NCBI GenBank assembly: GCA_964424195.1
Contig: CAYRHT010000005.1
Coordinates: 8,864-72,863, forward strand
Length of the DNA stretch: 64,000 nt
Direction of reading: 5' to 3'
DNA from: an uncultured Gammaproteobacteria bacterium
GTDB taxonomy: Bacteria; Patescibacteriota; Patescibacteriia; UBA1558; S5-K13
In this document: in pieces, positions 57,141-64,000 of the stretch
How positions within the stretch are numbered: position 1 is the first letter of the stretch
Layout: every line of letters begins with the position of its first letter
Position numbers and translations under genes: made by a program
The notes under the pieces: model-generated
The model's input: the letters and a program-made list of their open reading frames with translations, nothing else
What the model was told of the DNA's origin: nothing
The model's database searches: none

Positions 57141-57821
57141 ATGAATAAGAAATTACAATTAAAATTTTTAGTCTTTGTTTGTATAATAATTGTAGTTATT
57201 GTCTATTTGTATTTTAATCAAAATTTTTCATTTGGATTTAGTGAAGATTTCAAAGGTCTAAGAGATTCTGTTGGATTAGAAATTAAGGAATTGTCTAAAG
57301 CAGACATAGTGGAGAATTTAAAAAATAATTTTAAAGATCTAAAAGATCAAATGAACGAAGACGAAGTAGATCTAGAATCTAAAATAACTGACAATGTTCT
57401 AAGTAAATTATCTCAAAGAGAAAATATTATTTATGAATATGAGCCTTGGGGAATTAAATTTAGTTATGATAGTTTAATGAGTAAAGATATTGATCGAGAC
57501 AATGAAAAGATTTTATTATTTTATGAGGAAGTTCAAACTCTAAAAGCTTCCATAGGGAGATATGTTTTGGAAGAAACTTTTGATGATTGGTTAAATAATA
57601 ATTATAATTTACAAAAATTGGATAAGTTAGAATATAATGGATTGATTTTTTGGATGCAAGATCTTAGTAAGGAAGAGAATAAGTTGAAAGAGTATTATGT
57701 AAATTTAGATGATAATGTATTTATTATCGTTTTAGAATCAAGTCAGGATCAAGAAGAATATTGGAAATCTTTAGAGACTATAGTTAAGTCTTTTAATATA
57801 ATTAAATCTAATAATTTATAA
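57141..57821 (+). CDS. membrane-anchored hypothetical protein
   Basis: N-terminal TM; PsbP-like C-terminal pattern. Confidence 0.5.
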   Translation: MNKKLQLKFLVFVCIIIVVIVYLYFNQNFSFGFSEDFKGLRDSVGLEIKELSKADIVENLKNNFKDLKDQMNEDEVDLESKITDNVLSKLSQRENIIYEYEPWGIKFSYDSLMSKDIDRDNEKILLFYEEVQTLKASIGRYVLEETFDDWLNNNYNLQKLDKLEYNGLIFWMQDLSKEENKLKEYYVNLDDNVFIIVLESSQDQEEYWKSLETIVKSFNIIKSNNL

Positions 57822-57831
57822 TAATAAAATT

Positions 57832-58143
57832 ATGTCTGAAGAAAATAAAATTAATCAACCCGTAGAAGATGTATTTTCAAATGTAAATGAAGCTCCTAAT
57901 TCTGTGACCCCAGTTTCTCCAGAACCAGAAGAGAAGGCTCAAGAAAGCATTGATATTTCAGAAGCCTCTCTAGGACAAACAGCTCCGATAGATGCAAAGC
58001 AGAAGAATGAAGCCATTGGAGAACCTCAGGTTTATCAGGGAGTAAAAGAAGAAGGATTTAAAATGGGTAAAATCCTATTTTACTTAATCTTATCCTTAAT
58101 TGTTGTCCTCGGAGCTTTTGCAATTTGGGCTTTGGTTTTTTAA
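57832..58143 (+). CDS. hypothetical protein with C-terminal TM
   Basis: Acidic disordered N-terminus; ends right after the TM segment. Confidence 0.55.
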   Translation: MSEENKINQPVEDVFSNVNEAPNSVTPVSPEPEEKAQESIDISEASLGQTAPIDAKQKNEAIGEPQVYQGVKEEGFKMGKILFYLILSLIVVLGAFAIWALVF

Positions 58144-58175
58144 AATTTGACAGCTCTAGTTCTTAAGCTATAATT

Positions 58176-58322
58176 AAAGATGATATTTTTCTATTCGTTA
58201 GTGGTCTTATCTAAACCGTAGGACTGGGATAGAAGATATCATCTTTTTCTTCCCTCGCTTATCTGTCTTAGTAGTTAGTTTAAATTAACTATTAGGATAG
58301 GTATGTGGGGGAAGATTTTTTT
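58176..58322 (+). ncRNA. candidate structured non-coding RNA
   Basis: TTGACA-16-TATAAT promoter (58147-58174), two long G.U-containing hairpins, T-tract, no ORF found. Confidence 0.45.
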
Positions 58323-58394
58323 CGTATAGATTTCTAATTTCATCTTCTAATTGTTGATGGTTAGATAGTTTTTTAAATATTTTAAACATAATTA

Positions 58395-58937
58395 TTATTT
58401 TTTAATTTTAAATCCAATTTCTTTATTTAAAGGAAGGGGTTTTTCTTGAATTAATTTTTTAATTACTTGAAATATGGTTTTAAATTTTTGATCGTATTCA
58501 GTTTCAATTTTCTCAATTTTCTTTCTTAATTCTTTATGAGTTAGAAGGATTTCTCTTAATTTGGTAAATGTTCTAATAATTTGAATATTTACTTGGATGG
58601 CTTTTTTGTTTTTAAGAACAGAAGATAACATAGCCACTCCTTGCTCTGTAAATACATAAGGTAGGTACCGAGATCCACCTCTCTTTGAGGTCACAATTTG
58701 TGACCTCAAAGAGAGGTCTTGATTTAGAATTCTCGCTTTCCAGTTTTTAAATTCTGCCTCAGTTAATTCAAACATAAAATCCTTTGGAAAACGTCCCATA
58801 TTTCTTTTTACCTGTTGTTTTAAAATTTTGGTTTCCACTCCATAAAGTCTTGCTAAATATTTATCAAACATTACTTTTTTACTCCGAATAAAAAATATTT
58901 TATTAATAATTTTTTCAGAGGTAATTAAATTTTTCAT
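58395..58937 (-). CDS. ORF6N domain DNA-binding protein
   Basis: KVMFD..LARLYGVET..QVKRN..RFPKDFMFEL; PYVFTEQGVAMLSSVL. Confidence 0.9.
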   Translation of the reverse strand: MKNLITSEKIINKIFFIRSKKVMFDKYLARLYGVETKILKQQVKRNMGRFPKDFMFELTEAEFKNWKARILNQDLSLRSQIVTSKRGGSRYLPYVFTEQGVAMLSSVLKNKKAIQVNIQIIRTFTKLREILLTHKELRKKIEKIETEYDQKFKTIFQVIKKLIQEKPLPLNKEIGFKIKK

Positions 58938-58938
58938 A

Positions 58939-61629
58939 TTATTTTTTTAGTAATTGAATAAACTTATTTTTAAATATAAAACCAAGACTAGTGACTAATC
59001 CTGAGCCTAAGAGTAAATTAGTTGTATCAGTTTTTTTCTTACTCTCATCCAAATTAATTATTTCAGTTTCTGTATTTAAATTTGATATTAGCTCTTCTTC
59101 TTTTTCTCCTAGAATTTCTGATTTTATCAAATCATTTTGATTTCGAGGGATAAGTATTAGATCATCGTTATACTGAGTTAAAAAACCATTAATTGTTACA
59201 AAATCATCCTTGGAGAATTCGTCTAGTTTGATCTTAGAACTATTAATTTTGATTTTTAATTCTTCTTCATTGTCTATGATATAGAAACTCTTTTTATTTA
59301 ATTTACTTATTTGACCATTTGTAGATATGAAAGAGTTAATAATATCTTCATTTATTTCTTCTATATAATATTCAGTTAAATCAAGGGGAATCTTAGGTTT
59401 AATAATATTAATATCATTAGGGCTCATTATTTTTATTCGAGAATAGTTTTTTAAGTGATTAATCTTACCTTTAACTTGAATCAAGTCTCCATAGTTTAAT
59501 GAAGGCCACTTATTATTTAGATAAATCGCTATACATTCATTTAAATCACTTAATTCATAGTTTATATCGTAATAACAGATATGAGCTGTATTTTTATATA
59601 TTTCATTTGCTAAAGTAATTACAATACCACTAACTAGAATTTCTTTATTTTTTTCTAAATCTGAAATCTCTTCTATTTCTATAAATCCAGTCTCTAGATT
59701 CAAATCTTCATCTTCTAACTTTTCTTCATTTAATCTGAAGATATTTGTTTCATTCGGAGTTTGATTGTCTGTCCAAAAATACTCATTATTAATTTCATCG
59801 TAAGCATAGGATTGTCCCTCAAAGCTTTTGGAATAAGAGAGGCTATTAATTAAATTATTCTGGCAATCAAAGAGTTCTAATTCTTCATTAGAATTATTAA
59901 GGGTGATTTTTGACTCTTCTTTCTTAATTAGTAAATAATTATTAGCTTTAATAGTCTTTTCCATTTTAAAAGAAGAGCTAGCATCATTGATAGTCCAATT
60001 ATTTAAATTAATGTCTTGATTATTTGGGTTATATAATTCTATCCATTCCAGATCATCAGATCCTTCAGGATTAGGTAAAACTTCGTTGATGATGATATTT
60101 TTGTTAGTTGATGAACAAAGTCCATCTGTCTCTTCTGATGATTCTTCTGAACCTTCTGTGGAATTTATGATGTAGAGATAAATAATTGTTTCATCTTCTA
60201 ATTCAGATTCATTAATGACTTTTAATTTAATTTCTTTTAATCCTACAGTAGTAAAAGTAATTTTGAATTCCTCTTCATCATCTTGAAAGGAATTATTAAG
60301 GTACCATTTGTATTCTAAATCTTGATTATTAGGATCTTCTGAATTATTAGCGCTTAGAATAATTTCTTGATTAGTATTTAATTCATTACTAATTAGATTA
60401 ATGATGGCAACTGGAGGAACAAGAGGTTCTTTTTCATTTTCATAACCTTTAGTTAAAAGAGAGGTTTGTTCCCATTGATTATTAAATCTAGCCCAAGAAT
60501 AGTTTTCTTTAGAAGTAGTATAATTTACTTCATCTATTTTCTCACTAAGATTATTAAATAGTGAGATTGTCTCTTCAGAATTGTTTAAAGATATTCCAGA
60601 AATAGATCTTTCCAAGACAAGGTAATTATTAATAGTATCGTCTGAAAAAGTATATCTATTTCCAGAAGCATCTTCTAGATAACAATCTTTTAAATTAACA
60701 TTGTCATTATTCTCATTTTTTAATTCAATCCATTCAGCATCATCACTTCCAGTTGGATTTGGCAATAATTCATTAATGATAATATTATTTATTGGTATAG
60801 GAAGAGGATCATTTATTTCCTCCTCCTCTATAGTTACTATTAAAGAATCAGTACTAGAAGTCTTTCCGTCACTGACTGTTAGAAAAATAGTATAAGTTCC
60901 TATTTGGGGAAATTGATAACTAGCTATTTCTAAGCTAGAAGTAGCTAATTCATTAAAATTCCATAGGAAACTTATTTCATCACCGTTTGGGTCATAGGAT
61001 GCACTAGCATCAAATAATATTTCTTCATTCGTGTAAGTATTTATATCCTCACCAGCTATAGCGACAGGAGCTTGGTTTAGGGGAGGAGTACTAGATTCAT
61101 TTCCTGGTGTTCCGTTGATGATATAGCTCTCTTGCCAATTATTTTCAAGGCTATAAATGTTTATTTTTTCTAAAGTTTTTCCATTACCATTAGCACCTAA
61201 ATTAGAATCATAAGTAAATTCATTTATTAATTGATCATTATTCAATAATTGAAGAGTGTCAGTAGAATTATTTAAGCTCAGGGAAGATTCAAATATTGTT
61301 CCATCAAAGTTTTGATAATTATTTAAAAAAGTTTGAACATCAGCCGTGATGATAAAGAAAGTAGTATCGGCTATTTGATTATCTCCTTGGTAAAGATTTA
61401 GTAAGTGATTAGATCCATCATTAAATCTCCAATTAGAATTAATCTCTATTGTGGAAGTTGATAAATTAAATACTTCTACCCATTCTTGATTAGTATCTGT
61501 TCCTTCGGGGTTATACATTATTTCAGTAAAGATTAAATCTTCAGCCTGAGCTGTGTTAATGAATATTAGAACTACAAAAAATATAATAGATATTATAGTA
61601 ATGTAGAAATTTTGATATTTTAAATACAT
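58939..61629 (-). CDS. surface protein with three lamin-tail domains, PKD domains and OB folds
   Basis: Three 'I(I/F)xExxxNPxGxD..EW(I/V)E' units; PKD 'FDASASYDP..W.F'; C-terminal TM. Confidence 0.85.
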   Translation of the reverse strand: MYLKYQNFYITIISIIFFVVLIFINTAQAEDLIFTEIMYNPEGTDTNQEWVEVFNLSTSTIEINSNWRFNDGSNHLLNLYQGDNQIADTTFFIITADVQTFLNNYQNFDGTIFESSLSLNNSTDTLQLLNNDQLINEFTYDSNLGANGNGKTLEKINIYSLENNWQESYIINGTPGNESSTPPLNQAPVAIAGEDINTYTNEEILFDASASYDPNGDEISFLWNFNELATSSLEIASYQFPQIGTYTIFLTVSDGKTSSTDSLIVTIEEEEINDPLPIPINNIIINELLPNPTGSDDAEWIELKNENNDNVNLKDCYLEDASGNRYTFSDDTINNYLVLERSISGISLNNSEETISLFNNLSEKIDEVNYTTSKENYSWARFNNQWEQTSLLTKGYENEKEPLVPPVAIINLISNELNTNQEIILSANNSEDPNNQDLEYKWYLNNSFQDDEEEFKITFTTVGLKEIKLKVINESELEDETIIYLYIINSTEGSEESSEETDGLCSSTNKNIIINEVLPNPEGSDDLEWIELYNPNNQDINLNNWTINDASSSFKMEKTIKANNYLLIKKEESKITLNNSNEELELFDCQNNLINSLSYSKSFEGQSYAYDEINNEYFWTDNQTPNETNIFRLNEEKLEDEDLNLETGFIEIEEISDLEKNKEILVSGIVITLANEIYKNTAHICYYDINYELSDLNECIAIYLNNKWPSLNYGDLIQVKGKINHLKNYSRIKIMSPNDINIIKPKIPLDLTEYYIEEINEDIINSFISTNGQISKLNKKSFYIIDNEEELKIKINSSKIKLDEFSKDDFVTINGFLTQYNDDLILIPRNQNDLIKSEILGEKEEELISNLNTETEIINLDESKKKTDTTNLLLGSGLVTSLGFIFKNKFIQLLKK

Positions 61630-61710
61630 ATATTTATATATAAGTTATATATAAGGGCACTGTTTTGATGAGTGGTCGCGAACACCAAAACAGTGCCAGC
61701 TTATAACTAG

Positions 61711-62103
61711 TTATTTTTCCTCCTCAATGACTACTTCCTCGACTGCCATTTCTTTATTACTCTCTTCTTTTTTCTTTCCACCCAACATAATCATCTCTTT
61801 AACAACAACTTCGGTCTTATAATGTTTAACTTTTTTGTCATCATCCCAAGTTCTAGTTTGTAATCTTCCTTCAATATATACCTTGTCACCTTTTTTCATA
61901 TACTTTTCGGTAATATCAGCCAAACTTCTCCAGAAAACTAAGTTATGAAATTCAACTCTATTTTCTGTTTTCTTAGTTTTGGAATTTTTCCAAAAAAGAT
62001 TTGTAGCTAGTCCGCAATAAGCTACACTTATTCCAGAATCTAACTTTTTGTTAACTGGGTCATTAGTTAAACGCCCAATTAAGATTACTTTGTTTACGTC
62101 CAT
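61711..62103 (-). CDS. ssb: single-stranded DNA-binding protein (short form)
   Basis: VNKVILIGRL, KGDKVYIEGRLQTRTW. Confidence 0.93.
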   Translation of the reverse strand: MDVNKVILIGRLTNDPVNKKLDSGISVAYCGLATNLFWKNSKTKKTENRVEFHNLVFWRSLADITEKYMKKGDKVYIEGRLQTRTWDDDKKVKHYKTEVVVKEMIMLGGKKKEESNKEMAVEEVVIEEEK

Positions 62104-62175
62104 TTTTTTCTGATTATTTATTAAACTTGGATTTAAGAAGTGTTGACTTTTGAATTATTTAACCTATAATCAAAA

Positions 62176-62353
62176 CGAGGCTAAAGTCTACTCTTCAGAG
62201 TAGAGTCTACGCTTCATAAATCGCTTTTCTCCAAATTCCTCCGCAAGGAGGTTTTTGGTTTCTCAAACTGCTTTTCAATTAGTTTGAGATATATTAATGC
62301 ATTAATCCCCATAACAAAAGACACCTTTATCTAATAGATGTCTTTTTGTTTTT
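62176..62353 (+). ncRNA. candidate structured non-coding RNA opposite the ssb upstream region
   Basis: TTGACT-16-TATAAT (62143-62170); hairpins including CCTCC-GCAA-GGAGG; terminator. Confidence 0.45.
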
Positions 62354-62535
62354 ATATTTGTTTTAAGCTATTTTTGGCTTTTTTAGGGCTTTTTATTTTT
62401 ATAAACCGACGGCTCTATATTTATAGACGGCTCTTTTTTCTTATATATCCATCTTACTACTTTCATTTTTTTAGTCAATAGAATATTTTAGACAAAACAA
62501 AAAGCCAATAAATATCTTATCGGCTTTTATATTGT

Positions 62536-62850
62536 TTAAGCAATCTGATTTGTTTCAATCTGAGAACTTAAGTTTTTAAATTTGTTTTTAGTTGCTCTGT
62601 TTGTCCCTGTCCATGAGACATTTCCTTTCCTCATGTAATAGTCCCATAGTTCTGTAGGAATCTCTAAAGGTTTGTTCTCTTCATTTAGAGCTAGGGTTAA
62701 TTGATTTGTGTTAACTCTTCTTCCTGCTACACCCATTTCTAATTGAATAGCTACAATAAGAGAATCATTTTTTATGGGAGTAATCACTAATCCTCTCATG
62801 CCACTATGAATGTTTACCATTTTTCCGGGAACTATTTTTTCCGCGATCAT
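62536..62850 (-). CDS. hypothetical protein
   Basis: 104-aa ORF coupled to the upstream ORF. Confidence 0.5.
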   Translation of the reverse strand: MIAEKIVPGKMVNIHSGMRGLVITPIKNDSLIVAIQLEMGVAGRRVNTNQLTLALNEENKPLEIPTELWDYYMRKGNVSWTGTNRATKNKFKNLSSQIETNQIA

Positions 62851-62852
62851 TT

Positions 62853-63101
62853 CTATGACCCCACTTCTGAGAATGTAAATTCTTCGATATTGAAAGATAT
62901 GTCAGGCCACTCTAACTTGTTATTAGAAAAGATGATTGATTTTTCTTTCTCTTCTTTAACCACGAATTCTTCATCACAACCACAAATGGCTTTAAATTCT
63001 TTGAAGCCACCATTTTCAAGTTCTTTTTTAATTTTCATTTTAATGTGATTTGGAATTGGTGAACGACCCAAAGCTACGTTACAATGCATTTTTATACACA
63101 T
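62853..63101 (-). CDS. hypothetical protein (strong SD)
   Basis: AAGGAGG upstream. Confidence 0.5.
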   Translation of the reverse strand: MCIKMHCNVALGRSPIPNHIKMKIKKELENGGFKEFKAICGCDEEFVVKEEKEKSIIFSNNKLEWPDISFNIEEFTFSEVGS

Positions 63102-63215
63102 TTTACTTCCTCCTTTATTTTACTCACTGTCTAATGAGCATTGTTTTGAATGTTTGAATGGTAAATAAAAAAATCCAGAACAATTGTCACTAAACTTACC
63201 TAATACTGTATACTA

Positions 63216-63857
63216 TTATTTCTTTCTTGTCAATACCTGAAGATAATGCTTCATTTTAGATTTAAATATGAGCAAAAGAACTACTAAGACTAGTAGTAAT
63301 ATTAAATAAATAATAGATTTATAACTTTCAAATTTTAAATTATGTCCAAAATAATATCCTAGACTTTGCCAGAGCAGAGCCCAAATAAATATACCACTAA
63401 AAGTATAAGAAGCGAAGATATGGTGAGGCATTTTAATCATGCCAGCTGGTAAAGAAATAATTGATCTGATTACTGGAACACAACGAAATATTCCAATCCA
63501 TTTAGCTTCATTATTATTAAATTTATTAGTTAGGAATGTAAAAGTTTTTTCTTCGGGAATTAGTTTAACAATCAATTTGTATTTATTCTTTAAAACTAAT
63601 TTATTTCTAAAATTAATTAACCATTGGTAACCAATCCAAGTCCCAACAAAGTAAACAAGATATGTACCTATAAAATTTCCTAGAGTTCCTACTATTAGGA
63701 TATAGAAGAAATTAATTCCAGAGGCATAGGCTATGACACCGGCTAGGGATAATATTAATTCACTGGGAGGCATTCCAATTAATCCATTAAAAAACATGAA
63801 CCAGAAGATGGCTAGGACACCGTAGTTTTCTATAAATATTTTTATAAGTTCAGACAT
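63216..63857 (-). CDS. dedA: DedA family membrane protein
   Basis: PPSELILSLAG; RCVPVIRSIISLPAG. Confidence 0.9.
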   Translation of the reverse strand: MSELIKIFIENYGVLAIFWFMFFNGLIGMPPSELILSLAGVIAYASGINFFYILIVGTLGNFIGTYLVYFVGTWIGYQWLINFRNKLVLKNKYKLIVKLIPEEKTFTFLTNKFNNNEAKWIGIFRCVPVIRSIISLPAGMIKMPHHIFASYTFSGIFIWALLWQSLGYYFGHNLKFESYKSIIYLILLLVLVVLLLIFKSKMKHYLQVLTRKK

Positions 63858-63960
63858 ATATGTTTGATTATATCTATCTAATTATCTCTGATACATTTTT
63901 CTCTGTCAATGCACTTGAAAAATAAATAAAAATATGTATAATAGTATGTATGCACAGCAT

Positions 63961-64000
63961 GCTGAAGTGGCGGAATTGGTATACGCGATGGACTTAAAAT
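63961..64000 (+). tRNA. tRNA-Leu(TAA), truncated by the window end
   Basis: GCTGAAGTGGCGGAATTGGTATACGCG; anticodon loop CT-TAA-AA; TTGAAA..TATAAT promoter upstream. Confidence 0.85.

Noticed and set aside
6764-63630. Short antisense or overlapping ORFs in the track (e.g. 6764, 11559, 12720, 15879, 26984, 33053, 38773, 44645, 60701, 63439)
   Set aside because: They lie inside well-supported genes on the other strand or frame and show no motifs.
1-64000. CRISPR array or cas genes
   Set aside because: No regularly spaced repeat-spacer series or Cas motifs seen; the repeats found are intragenic or terminator hairpins.
1-64000. Alternative genetic code (TGA as Gly, as in Gracilibacteria/Absconditabacteria)
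   Set aside because: Conserved genes are full length under code 11 with no internal TGA, and TGA ends genes such as the ECF sigma.

Overview
Very AT-rich bacterial chromosomal segment read with genetic code 11. Gene content (lamin-tail, DKNYY, CxxC-x17-CxxC and NBR1-Ig proteins, 'GKLLLQVE..GRIWYV' repeats, SD-less housekeeping genes) suggests a Patescibacteria/CPR genome, probably ABY1/Parcubacteria; this is inferred. The backbone carries corA, typA, a UvrD/PcrA helicase, fba-pfk, trxA, gdhA, an ECF sigma operon, uvrA, a Fur/ferritin/rubrerythrin/desulfoferrodoxin cluster, mutM, ssb, dedA and tRNA-Arg, -His and -Leu. The most striking structure is a ~9.7 kb integrative element (30341-40072). 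It split the host tRNA-His gene in its T-arm (5' part 30278-30340, 3' part 40070-40085) and carries its own complete replacement tRNA-His (31015-31090). It encodes a large serine recombinase whose reconstructed, dyad-symmetric attP lies inside the recombinase's own 3' end, so the integrated and excised forms would encode different C-termini. It also encodes a probable rolling-circle Rep, an XRE/ImmA-type switch, unannotated small ORFs and several structured RNAs. Immediately downstream is an arginine cluster (arcA, an Arg T-box riboswitch, argG, argH, argS) that is unusual for CPR. Other signals are orphan genes with strong Shine-Dalgarno sites in an SD-poor genome, candidate ncRNAs, a perfect 41-bp palindrome inside an ORF6N gene, and small ORFs missed by the ORF track. 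All product calls come from motif recognition by eye, not from database searches.
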